Virus record (IMG/VR): IMGVR_UViG_3300020221_000005
Span: 39,352 to 103,351 of that record
Strand: one strand, 5' to 3'
Origin: a virus
Length of the DNA stretch: 64,000 nucleotides
Of this stretch, positions 53,329-61,789 are shown piece by piece; the stretch's first letter is position 1, and every line of letters begins with the position of its first letter. The position numbers were made by a program, and so were the translations under genes. A model generated the notes under the pieces. That model saw nothing but the letters and a program-made list of their open reading frames with translations, was not told the DNA's origin and did no database searches.

Positions 53329-54492
53329 TATGACAAGTGAACTCTTAAAAGAGGCAATTGCTGACGCCAAGGCCGTCCGTGCAACTGCCATTGCAAATGC
53401 AAAACTCGCATTGGAAGAAGCCTTTACTCCAAGATTACAATCCATGTTAGGGCAAAAACTTCGTGAAGAACTTGATGAGAACGAATTGGAAGAATCCTCT
53501 GATGATACGACTGAAAATATCACTTCGGAAGAAGTTGATGAAATGTTAAAAGAGCTTGATGTGGAGAAAGCAGATGAAAATGCCGCCCCTGCTGCTACCG
53601 TTGCTGCAGATCCTACTGCCGCTCCTGTTGCTGCCGATCCTGCTGCCGCTCCTGCTGCTGCCGCTCCTGCTGCTGCCGCTCCTGCTGCTGCCGCTCCTGC
53701 TGTTGCCGATCCTGCTGCTGCCGCTCCTGCTGCCGCTCCTGCTGTTGTCGCTCCTGCTGTTGCCGCTCCTGCTGCCGATCCTGCTGCCGATCCTGCTGCC
53801 GCTCCTGCTGTTGCCGCTCCTGCTGTTGCCGCTCCTGCTGCCGATCCTGCTGCCGATCCTGCTGCCGCTCCTGCTATTGATTCCAAGACTGTTTCTGAAA
53901 GCGACGATTCGGATGAGGTTGATTTAGAGGAACTTCTCGCTGAAATAAATGAGATGGACGTCGACAGTATGACTGAGGAAGACGACGGCATGACTGAGGA
54001 AAACGACAGTATGACTGAGGTTGATTTAGATGAACTTCTCGCTGAACTAAATAAAGAGGGAGACACAGAACACGATGAAGACGATGATACTAAAACCTCA
54101 GAAGCCGTTAAATCTGAATTAAATGAGGCTTTGAAAACCGTAGAGTTTTTAAAAACTCAGTTAAATGAAGTGAATTTGTTGAATGCGAAATTGCTTTATA
54201 CCAATAAATTATTTAAAGCACATGCATTAGACAACAACCAAAAAATGAAGATTATTGAAGCGTTTGATTTGACCAAGTCCGTCCGTGAAGTCAAATTGAC
54301 CTACAATAATTTGTCTGAAGCATTGAATCTTAGCAAAGTGAAGACTGCTCCTAAGAAGTCTCCGATTGCTGAAGGCTTCGCATCAAATACAACTGGAACA
54401 ACCAAGCCCGTTCAGGCAGAGAAATCTGTCATTTCGGAGTCGGTTAACGGACAGGTTTCGAGATTCCAAAAACTCGCTGGAATTAAGAAATA
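53329..54492 (+). CDS. prohead core scaffolding protein (gp22-position), acidic with Ala-Pro linker (ORF track 53330..54493)
   Basis: LLKEAIADAKAVRATAIANAKLALEEAFTP, LNEVNLLNAKLLYTNKLF, RFQKLAGI; immediately upstream of the major capsid gene. Confidence 0.8.
53583..53875 (+). repeat. mosaic gct/gcc/cct/gat repeats encoding AAP/AADP
   Basis: Directly visible GC-rich low-complexity tract. Confidence 0.9.
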
Positions 54493-54532
54493 AAAAAATT
54501 TGCGTAAAAAACAGTAAAACAAAAACAAAAAT

Positions 54533-56194
54533 ATGAGTGATATTAAAGAATTGTTAACTAACAATACGAATCCTATGAGCCGCCTCTTGGAGGAGACTCG
54601 TGGATTACAAGGCAAGTGGGAAAAAACCGGCTTGCTCGAGGGGTTGGCTGGTACCGAAAAGGCTCAAATGTCTGTATTGCTTGAGAACCAAGCACAGCAG
54701 TTGATCAAAGAGGCTACCTCAACCGGAACTAGCGCAAACAGTGAACAGTGGGCAGGCGTAGCTCTTCCGCTCGTTCGCCGTGTGTTCGCTGAAATCGCTG
54801 CGAAGGAATTCGTAAGCGTTCAACCAATGAATCTTCCAAGTGGACTTATCTTTTACTTGGATTTCAAATATGGTAATACTAAATCAGGAGTCACGAGTGG
54901 AGATAGTCTATTCGGCGGAACTTTAAAGAAACTTGGTTCTACTGACAGTGCCGTTAATGGTTTGTATGGTGCCGGTCGTTTTGGATACACCATTAATCCT
55001 GTTTCTGTAGCAGCTACATTAAATACAGGCTCCACATCAGGTTTGACTGTCTGGGAAGCTTGTAATTTTGATGCAGACTTCAGCGCAAGTGCTGCTGCCG
55101 GAACTTATCAAAAATTCACAATTAACTTAGCTTCAAACTCTGATAATTTAGATTTGAACGCGATTAGAAGTTTCAACTTCTTCTCTGCTTCTGTAGATTG
55201 TGGAGTTTTGGATCAGTTCACAAAAGTTTACAATACTGGCTCTGCAACATCTCCATATTATGTAGTTACTGGAGTGGGATTAAGCAGCGTAATTGATCAC
55301 GCAGCTGGAGCTTACAGCGTAACTATTTCTGGAAGCAAACAGCCAACAGATTCTACTCGTGGTGACTTTGAAGATAAAAACAGCACCGGTGATAGCACCA
55401 CAGCTGTTGGTATTCCTGAGGTCAACCTTGAACTCAAGAGCGAACCGATCGTGGCTAAGACCCGCAAGTTAAAAGCAGTCTGGACTCCAGAGCTTGCTCA
55501 GGACTTGAATGCCTACCACAGCATTGATGCTGAGGCAGAATTGACTGCTCTCTTGAGTGAGTATGTTTCTATGGAAATCGATCTCGAAATCCTCGACATG
55601 CTGTTGGTTTCTGCTCCTGGAACAACCACCGAAGCTTGGAGTGCTAAAATTGGCGTAGAGTTTACCAAAACTCTCGATAGCGATGGTAATGCTTCATTTA
55701 CTCGCCTTGACGACAGTTCTCCAAACAGAACCGCCTATGTCAAGAGTTCTTGGTTCCAGACCCTCGGAAGCAAGATTCAACGTGTCTCTAACAAGATTCA
55801 TCAGTTGACTCTCCGTGGTGGAGCTAACTTCTTGGTTTGTTCTCCAGATGTCGCAACCGTCCTCGAATCAATTCCTGGATTCGTTGCTTCAACCGATGGT
55901 GATAGTGCTAAGTTCGCAATGGGTGTAAGCAAAGTTGGTAGCTTCGCAAGTCGCTTCCAGGTTTACAAGAACCCATACATGGTTGAAAACCAAATCTTGG
56001 TTGGATTCCGTGGAAGTAACTTCCTCGAAACTGGCGCAGTCTATTCGCCATATATTCCTCTCGTTCAGACACCACTCGTGTATGATCCAGTCAACTTCAC
56101 GCCACGCCGTGGGGTAATGACAAGATATGCGAAGAAAGTCGTTCGTCCGGAATTTTATGGTCGTATTCAGGTTGCTGACTTGAACCACGTCTAA
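54533..56194 (+). CDS. gp23: major capsid protein (T4 gp23-like)
   Basis: LLENQ, PLVRRVF, VSVQPMNLPSGLIF, AKTRKLKAVWTPELAQDLNAYHSIDAEAEL, YSPYIPL, PRRGVMTRYA; biased codon usage (TTC/AAC/ATC/CGT). Confidence 0.97.
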   Translation: MSDIKELLTNNTNPMSRLLEETRGLQGKWEKTGLLEGLAGTEKAQMSVLLENQAQQLIKEATSTGTSANSEQWAGVALPLVRRVFAEIAAKEFVSVQPMNLPSGLIFYLDFKYGNTKSGVTSGDSLFGGTLKKLGSTDSAVNGLYGAGRFGYTINPVSVAATLNTGSTSGLTVWEACNFDADFSASAAAGTYQKFTINLASNSDNLDLNAIRSFNFFSASVDCGVLDQFTKVYNTGSATSPYYVVTGVGLSSVIDHAAGAYSVTISGSKQPTDSTRGDFEDKNSTGDSTTAVGIPEVNLELKSEPIVAKTRKLKAVWTPELAQDLNAYHSIDAEAELTALLSEYVSMEIDLEILDMLLVSAPGTTTEAWSAKIGVEFTKTLDSDGNASFTRLDDSSPNRTAYVKSSWFQTLGSKIQRVSNKIHQLTLRGGANFLVCSPDVATVLESIPGFVASTDGDSAKFAMGVSKVGSFASRFQVYKNPYMVENQILVGFRGSNFLETGAVYSPYIPLVQTPLVYDPVNFTPRRGVMTRYAKKVVRPEFYGRIQVADLNHV

Positions 56195-56215
56195 TTCGTA
56201 GTTGATTAAACTCAA

Positions 56216-56259
56216 AAGAACCCTCCTTGAAGAAATTCTTGGAGGGTTCTTCTTTTTTT
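56216..56259 (+). terminator. intrinsic (probably bidirectional) terminator after the capsid gene
   Basis: AAGAACCCTCC...GGAGGGTTCTT stem plus T7 tract, A-run on the other side; between convergent genes. Confidence 0.88.
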
Positions 56260-56300
56260 GTGTAAAAACTTTCCTTATTTATTTCTGATTAAATAAATTT

Positions 56301-56495
56301 TTATTTTCTAAAACTTTTAATGATTATACTGATTGGAAGCCAAATTGGTACGGTTAAGACAGACCACTTGATAAAAAAGAATGCTAAATACACCAGCGCT
56401 GGGATACACAACCAATAATACATCCAAGGTTGGGAAAGGACTTCAATATCATACTTCCAAAGATTGAATAGAATTTCTATTATTTTATCGTTCAT
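56301..56495 (-). CDS. small membrane protein
   Basis: Trp/Pro-rich hydrophobic 64 aa; ATGA overlap with guaC. Confidence 0.7.
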   Translation of the reverse strand: MNDKIIEILFNLWKYDIEVLSQPWMYYWLCIPALVYLAFFFIKWSVLTVPIWLPISIIIKSFRK

Positions 56496-57484
56496 CTTGA
56501 TTTAGGAGGTAGACTGTTTTCTTTTATTTCAAATACCCCATTTCCTATAAAAGACTCTAATGTATTATATCCACTGTAGCTCACACAACTACTTATACCA
56601 CCCCACAATTCTTTTACAAGTTCTTTTAAAGGAACAATGTCGTCTTCTATTTTATATACCTTTCCCTCACTATGACGTTTGACTCCCCCAAATAGTTCTT
56701 GTTGTTTTTTACTAGCACCGCCCCAATAAGTTCCGTCTTTTATAATATGGGTTTCCGCTTCCGTTGCTTTTGAAAAAAATCCGCCCATCATAACATAATC
56801 AGCCCCAGCTCCAAACGCTTTTGAAGCATAATTTCCATTCTTGATGCCACCGTCGGCTATCAAATAAAAATTGTCAATTTTATGTTTGTCAATATATTCT
56901 TTACATTCAATAATTTCAGTTATTTGTCCACGATTCACTCCGGTTGCATCCGAAGTGCTGCAAGCGGATCCGCAAGCAATTCCCACTCTGAAATATACTT
57001 TAAATTGTTCTTTTAAGAGAGAGTTATAAATTTTAATTCCTTCTTTTGAGTGGATGTTTCCTATGATCAAATTTCTGATTGATGCTTCTGATTTAAGTTT
57101 TGATATAACGTCTAATATCTGTTTAGACATGTATCCATTTGCACAATCTATAATCCAATTGTAGGTATAATCTCTGAGTAGATGAACTCTGTCCCAGTCA
57201 TTTAAACCTATGCTTACATAGGTATTTTTATTATCATGCGTCGAACATTTGACCATTTCTATTTGAGTGACAATATCGCAGAATCTATGAATTCCAACCG
57301 ATAAACCAATGTCAGTAGCTTCTTTAATAAAAGACTTCCCTACTACCGCTGACATGGGGGACACAAAAATTCTATCTAAAGACATAGGAATATCTGCACG
57401 ACTTTTTAAGTCCAGATGTGTAGGTTGTGCAATCAAATTGCAATCATTATAATAAATTGATTTTGTATTTAAAATTGTTGGCAT
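56492..57484 (-). CDS. guaC: GMP reductase (IMPDH/GMPR family, no CBS domains)
   Basis: SPMSAV, IHRF, IDCANGY, IIGNI, RVGIACGSACST (catalytic Cys loop), IADGGIK, AFGAGADYVMMGG, SEGK. Confidence 0.8.
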   Translation of the reverse strand: MPTILNTKSIYYNDCNLIAQPTHLDLKSRADIPMSLDRIFVSPMSAVVGKSFIKEATDIGLSVGIHRFCDIVTQIEMVKCSTHDNKNTYVSIGLNDWDRVHLLRDYTYNWIIDCANGYMSKQILDVISKLKSEASIRNLIIGNIHSKEGIKIYNSLLKEQFKVYFRVGIACGSACSTSDATGVNRGQITEIIECKEYIDKHKIDNFYLIADGGIKNGNYASKAFGAGADYVMMGGFFSKATEAETHIIKDGTYWGGASKKQQELFGGVKRHSEGKVYKIEDDIVPLKELVKELWGGISSCVSYSGYNTLESFIGNGVFEIKENSLPPKSR

Positions 57485-57487
57485 AAA

Positions 57488-57961
57488 TTATTCAGTATAC
57501 TCGCAGATGTATGTGGTTATTGGAGTTTTATCGTAAATTGTATTAATCATTGTGGATACAATCTGCCAATTTCCTCCTGCTAATCCACATCCCATGTATT
57601 TTGGAAATCCAACTTTTTTTATATTTTTTTCTATACAATCTTTTTTCATAGAATCGATTGCAGTATATATGGCTTCATAATTTAAATTTCTTTCGTTAGA
57701 TCCATAGTAATACTGGCCATATAAATTATATACATATTTTATTGAAGAGTTTTCTTTAAATTTCTTAATTTCGGCCAAAGAAAACGTTCCTAATTTATTT
57801 TTATTTCCCGCGATTGTTTTTAAATCTGACTCATATGTTTCAGGCATTTTATTTTTTAATTGAAATGCAATTCCTCCGCCCATTGTACAAAAACAATTTG
57901 CACAATGTCCGATTGCGTCTACTTCGCATTTTAATAGATCACATTTTATATTAATTACCAT
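57488..57961 (-). CDS. macrodomain ADP-ribose-processing protein (Poa1p/phage type)
   Basis: DLL...AIGHCANCFCTMGGGIA...NLYGQ...FPKYMGCGLAGGNW. Confidence 0.88.
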   Translation of the reverse strand: MVINIKCDLLKCEVDAIGHCANCFCTMGGGIAFQLKNKMPETYESDLKTIAGNKNKLGTFSLAEIKKFKENSSIKYVYNLYGQYYYGSNERNLNYEAIYTAIDSMKKDCIEKNIKKVGFPKYMGCGLAGGNWQIVSTMINTIYDKTPITTYICEYTE

Positions 57962-57968
57962 CAATTTG

Positions 57969-57996
57969 ATGATATAGATAACTTAATAAAATTCAA
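57969..57996 (-). promoter_or_regulatory. sigma70-like promoter of the macro-guaC operon
   Basis: Minus strand TTGAAT(57996-57991)-N16-TATCAT(57974-57969), 7 nt before ATG 57961. Confidence 0.55.
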
Positions 57997-58027
57997 TATT
58001 TTATATTTGTTAAAACTATTTATTTAT

Positions 58028-58228
58028 ATGATTAAATTGCGTGAATTAGTTGAAAATGAAAAATCTGATTTAACCGTGATTGGACCTAATACTGTTAATG
58101 CTTCATTGGTAGCGATCGATTCTAAAACTAATGAAGAATCCAACTTTGTGATTTCTAATTTAACAAGGCAACCTTTAACTATTAAAGTTAAAGTAATTAA
58201 CGGTGCATATTTTGTTGATATAAAATAA
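58028..58228 (+). CDS. small protein with MIKLRELVE leader (true start ATG 58028)
   Basis: Late motif at 58017; leader shared with other late proteins. Confidence 0.65.
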   Translation: MIKLRELVENEKSDLTVIGPNTVNASLVAIDSKTNEESNFVISNLTRQPLTIKVKVINGAYFVDIK

Positions 58229-58232
58229 TTTT

Positions 58233-58835
58233 ATGAAACTTTTAGAAATTTTACATGATTTATTATTTCATGCGCCGATGAAACTTACAGGTGAAGATAT
58301 TGTGTCGGTTGAACTACAATATCATTTAAATAAAAAAATATCTCTAAGTGAAAATGTTTTTAGGACATATAGTGAAAAATATTTTCAACTAATAGAAGAA
58401 GTCAGAAGATTATATTTTGATAATAAAATAGAATTAAACGATGATGATGCTGAGTTGGTAGAGAGCGATTTGGGTAAAATGTCTATTTATGAAGGTCGAG
58501 AAGTTTATTTAGATGCTCCTATTGAAGAAGAAGAAGATACGTTGTTGGAAGCAAAACATCGTGGAAGAACAGTTAAATTAAATCGTCCGTTTAGAACTCC
58601 GGGTGGTCCAAAAAAATATTCGGTATATGTCACAAACAAAAAAGGAAACATTGTAAAAGTTTCTTTCGGAGATCCTAATTTAAGAGTTAGAGGTCGTAGC
58701 GCGGCAAGAAGAAAGAGTTTTGCCGCTCGGCATAAGTGCAGTCAGAAAAAAGATAGAACTACAGCGGGATATTGGAGTTGTCGCAGTCATAGAATTCGTT
58801 CTTTGGGAAACAAAGGTAAAGGAAAGTATTGGTGA
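58233..58835 (+). CDS. virion-associated protein with basic C-terminal domain (KKYSVYV...VSFGDP...RRKSFAARHKC...AGYWSC)
   Basis: Acidic N-part, LLE-A junction, then a highly basic domain of a type recalled from large DNA viruses. Confidence 0.7.
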   Translation: MKLLEILHDLLFHAPMKLTGEDIVSVELQYHLNKKISLSENVFRTYSEKYFQLIEEVRRLYFDNKIELNDDDAELVESDLGKMSIYEGREVYLDAPIEEEEDTLLEAKHRGRTVKLNRPFRTPGGPKKYSVYVTNKKGNIVKVSFGDPNLRVRGRSAARRKSFAARHKCSQKKDRTTAGYWSCRSHRIRSLGNKGKGKYW

Positions 58836-58836
58836 T

Positions 58837-59646
58837 ATGATTAAATTAAAAAATATTTTAAATAATAAAATTTTGAATGAAAGCATGACTTTATATGTTA
58901 AAGACACAAATTATCAAAGATTTGATAATTTGATGGATTTGTCTTTTCATTTACAAAGAATTGCTTATAAAATTTTAGAGTCTTTGCCAGAGGATCAAAT
59001 TAATTATTTTAGAAAAAACCGCCCAACCGAACTTTTGGTGGTTGATGGCCAAAGCAATATAGACAGTTCCGTTGGAACGTTGAATTTATATTATAGTGGA
59101 TATACAAATTCAACACTCAAAAAAATGTTGAGAGAAATATTGGCGGAACTTAAAAAATTAAATATTGAACATGGAAAACTTAAATTGGAAGATAGTAACT
59201 CTTACAAATATAAAGTAGTGAGAATTCCAATTGTTAAAAATGAACACAAATATACAGGAGCTCCCGAGGTGAATTTTTCAAATCGAAACGCTTACCATAT
59301 ATATAAAAACATACTTCAATTTGAACCTGATGATGACACCAACAGCGGTTTTAGTTTTACTGCCGACGAACTTAAACGAAGAGTAGAATCGGTTTTAAAA
59401 TATGATCCCGATTGGATTTCCAAACATACAATTTCAAAACATGATAGTTCTATACCTGATGTAGAACAAGACACTCAAAAAGATTTTGAAAATCCTCATG
59501 ATGAATTTTCTAAAAAAATAGCTGGTAATGCTAGAATTATAAATATGGGATTGAGTGAATCGGATATTAAACAAAGACTTTATTCTATTTTAGATGTGGC
59601 TAATTGGGCTATAAAAAATAATAAAAAAGAGTTATATGTCGCATAA
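58837..59646 (+). CDS. hypothetical protein with MIKLKNIL...ILNE leader (true start ATG 58837)
   Basis: ATG 1 nt after the upstream TGA; leader motif. Confidence 0.72.
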   Translation: MIKLKNILNNKILNESMTLYVKDTNYQRFDNLMDLSFHLQRIAYKILESLPEDQINYFRKNRPTELLVVDGQSNIDSSVGTLNLYYSGYTNSTLKKMLREILAELKKLNIEHGKLKLEDSNSYKYKVVRIPIVKNEHKYTGAPEVNFSNRNAYHIYKNILQFEPDDDTNSGFSFTADELKRRVESVLKYDPDWISKHTISKHDSSIPDVEQDTQKDFENPHDEFSKKIAGNARIINMGLSESDIKQRLYSILDVANWAIKNNKKELYVA

Positions 59647-59813
59647 TGTTTCTCTTTTAAATTTAATTTTTGAATTAAAATTGTTGACAGACTCGGAAAT
59701 CTAATTTTAAAAAAGATACGTTAATTTAAAACCGTGAAGATGGGTATTTTATATATTTGTATATATAAAAATAATTTTTAGTTTAACCGAGTCTGATAAA
59801 TTATATAAACTAT

Positions 59814-60092
59814 ATGATTGAGTTTAATAATCATCCATATAAAGAAATAAATTTAGCTCATAATCAATATATACGTGAATTTGATTCTGATGTAAATGAA
59901 CATGAATTAGAGTGGCATTTAGATAAAGAAGATAGATTTGTAGAGGTACTTGAAAATAAAGGTAATTGGATGTTTCAATTAGATAATCAATTGCCTATAT
60001 TGTTAGAGGAACGTATATTTATTCCAAAAGAAACATATCATAGGATTATAAAAGGCAGTAAAAATCTAATAGTTAAAATAACGAAACTATAG
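59814..60092 (+). CDS. small cupin-like protein
   Basis: WHLDKEDR...W.FQLD...FIPKETYHRIIKG metal-binding cupin pattern. Confidence 0.6.
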   Translation: MIEFNNHPYKEINLAHNQYIREFDSDVNEHELEWHLDKEDRFVEVLENKGNWMFQLDNQLPILLEERIFIPKETYHRIIKGSKNLIVKITKL

Positions 60093-60129
60093 ACATGTTT
60101 ATTTTATATTTTAACTATTTATAAGATAT

Positions 60130-61302
60130 ATGTCTATTGGAATCGATCAGGATAGAATAAGATGGCCAGGAAGTGGTTCCGCAGTATCAGGATCCACTCC
60201 ATTTGGATTTTATGATGCGGATTCTTCCTTTACTTTAGAATGTTATAATTCAGCAAAATGGGCCGCAACTCGTTTAGGTTATCCGGTCGTAGACATAGAA
60301 TTAAGAGATGTAAATTTTTACGCGTGTTTTGAAGAAGCAGTATCCGAATACGGTGCTCAGGTGAATCAATTTAATATAAAAAATAATTATTTAAATTTAA
60401 TTGGCCAGTCGACTTCAGTAAATATAGGTGGAAAGCCTATTGTTGACACAGGTTTGAATTATTTAATAAAATTAGCAGGTGGTTACGGTACGGAAGCATT
60501 GGTTGGCGGTAATGTGACCCTTAAAAAAGGTTGTATTGACATAGCTACTAATCAACAAACATACGATCTACAAACATTATGGGGAAACGTATCTGAAAGT
60601 TATAACCGATTAGAAATAAAAAAAATATATCATGGTCCCTCCCCCGCATTTGCTCGTATTTACGATCCTTTCAGCATGACTGGAATGAGTTACAGCAATG
60701 TGTTAAATGAAATGGGATTTGCGGGTTATTCTCCTGCTACGCAATTTTTAATGACTCCAATATTTGAAGATTTGCTTCGTGGACAAGCTATAGAATTTAA
60801 TGATATGGTAAGAAAAAGTGGTTATAGTTTTGAATTAATAAATAATAGACTTAAAATATTTCCTATACCCACTACAAATTTTAAATTATATTTTGAGTAC
60901 TATCTTGAAAATGAAAAAGCTAATTCTGTATTCATTTCTGGATCGACTCCATACTCAAGTTCATCTGATTATTCTAATATTCCATATCAAAATATTCCTT
61001 ACTTTAGTATAAATTCAGTTGGAAGACAATGGATTAAAAAATACTTTTTAGCTTTATGTAAAGAATTGTTAGGCGCAATTCGTCAGAAATATTCAACCGT
61101 CCCTATACCTGGCGGAGAAGTAACACTCGATGGCTCCGAACTAAGAAGTGAAGCTAATACAGAAAAAGAAGCATTAATTACACAATTGCGTGAAATGTTA
61201 GAAGCTACTACGCTAGATAAACAACTAGAATCTAATGCAAATAAGGTGGAAAAAACTATGACGGCATTAAAATCGGTACCTAATTTAATTTATATTGGAT
61301 GA
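60130..61302 (+). CDS. gp13: neck/head-tail adaptor protein (gp13-like)
   Basis: RLGYPVVDIEL, QWIKKYFLALCKELLG..RQKY..VPIPGGEVTLDG. Confidence 0.82.
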   Translation: MSIGIDQDRIRWPGSGSAVSGSTPFGFYDADSSFTLECYNSAKWAATRLGYPVVDIELRDVNFYACFEEAVSEYGAQVNQFNIKNNYLNLIGQSTSVNIGGKPIVDTGLNYLIKLAGGYGTEALVGGNVTLKKGCIDIATNQQTYDLQTLWGNVSESYNRLEIKKIYHGPSPAFARIYDPFSMTGMSYSNVLNEMGFAGYSPATQFLMTPIFEDLLRGQAIEFNDMVRKSGYSFELINNRLKIFPIPTTNFKLYFEYYLENEKANSVFISGSTPYSSSSDYSNIPYQNIPYFSINSVGRQWIKKYFLALCKELLGAIRQKYSTVPIPGGEVTLDGSELRSEANTEKEALITQLREMLEATTLDKQLESNANKVEKTMTALKSVPNLIYIG

Positions 61303-61308
61303 TGTACT

Positions 61309-61785
61309 ATGGCTGACTATTCAGGAAGATATTTTTCTAGTCGAGATCAACTTTTGTTAAATTCTTTTAATGCAGAGTTGTTGGGTGATATTATTCAAAC
61401 AATTGTACTTTTATATAAAATTGCGCCGACTGAAACCAAAACTAATGTATACGGTGAAACAAACCAAACTACTGGTAAATTTTACTATCCTGCCGTGGAG
61501 ATGTCCGCTTTGATTGAAAGAACTGATATATCTTCTGAAGACGAGGGGTTTGGACCTGATAGGAAACAGTCGGTGGTATTTAAATTTAGAGAATTAATGC
61601 TTAAAGAAGTGAACTTTTTCCCCCAACTTGGCGATTTGGTCCTTTTTAACGAACGTTATCATGAAATTGATAATGTTGTTCAAGAACAATTTGATGGTGG
61701 CCAGCCTGAAAAAAGTCGTTCGATAATTTGTAATACACATTATAGTCGATTTAGCAAAATAAATTTAATAGATAGACAAGGGTAA
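61309..61785 (+). CDS. head-closure/neck protein (gp14-like)
   Basis: NVYGE, FPQLGDLV...YHEIDNV; follows the gp13-like gene. Confidence 0.7.
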   Translation: MADYSGRYFSSRDQLLLNSFNAELLGDIIQTIVLLYKIAPTETKTNVYGETNQTTGKFYYPAVEMSALIERTDISSEDEGFGPDRKQSVVFKFRELMLKEVNFFPQLGDLVLFNERYHEIDNVVQEQFDGGQPEKSRSIICNTHYSRFSKINLIDRQG

Positions 61786-61789
61786 TATT

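Noticed and set aside
53556-53927. Leu/Pro-rich 123-aa ORF
   Set aside because: Alternative frame of the scaffold Ala-Pro repeat.
53080-54066. 329-aa N-terminal extension of the minus-strand 921-aa ORF
   Set aside because: It is mostly the antisense shadow of the scaffold gene and its Ala-Pro repeat. The paralog alignment and an AGGAGA site put the real start at 53079. The stop-free run through the intergenic part is noted but unsupported.
42241-56194. Introns or inteins in terminase, portal or capsid genes
   Set aside because: The ORFs are continuous with expected lengths and no intein C...HN motifs; the endonucleases are free-standing.
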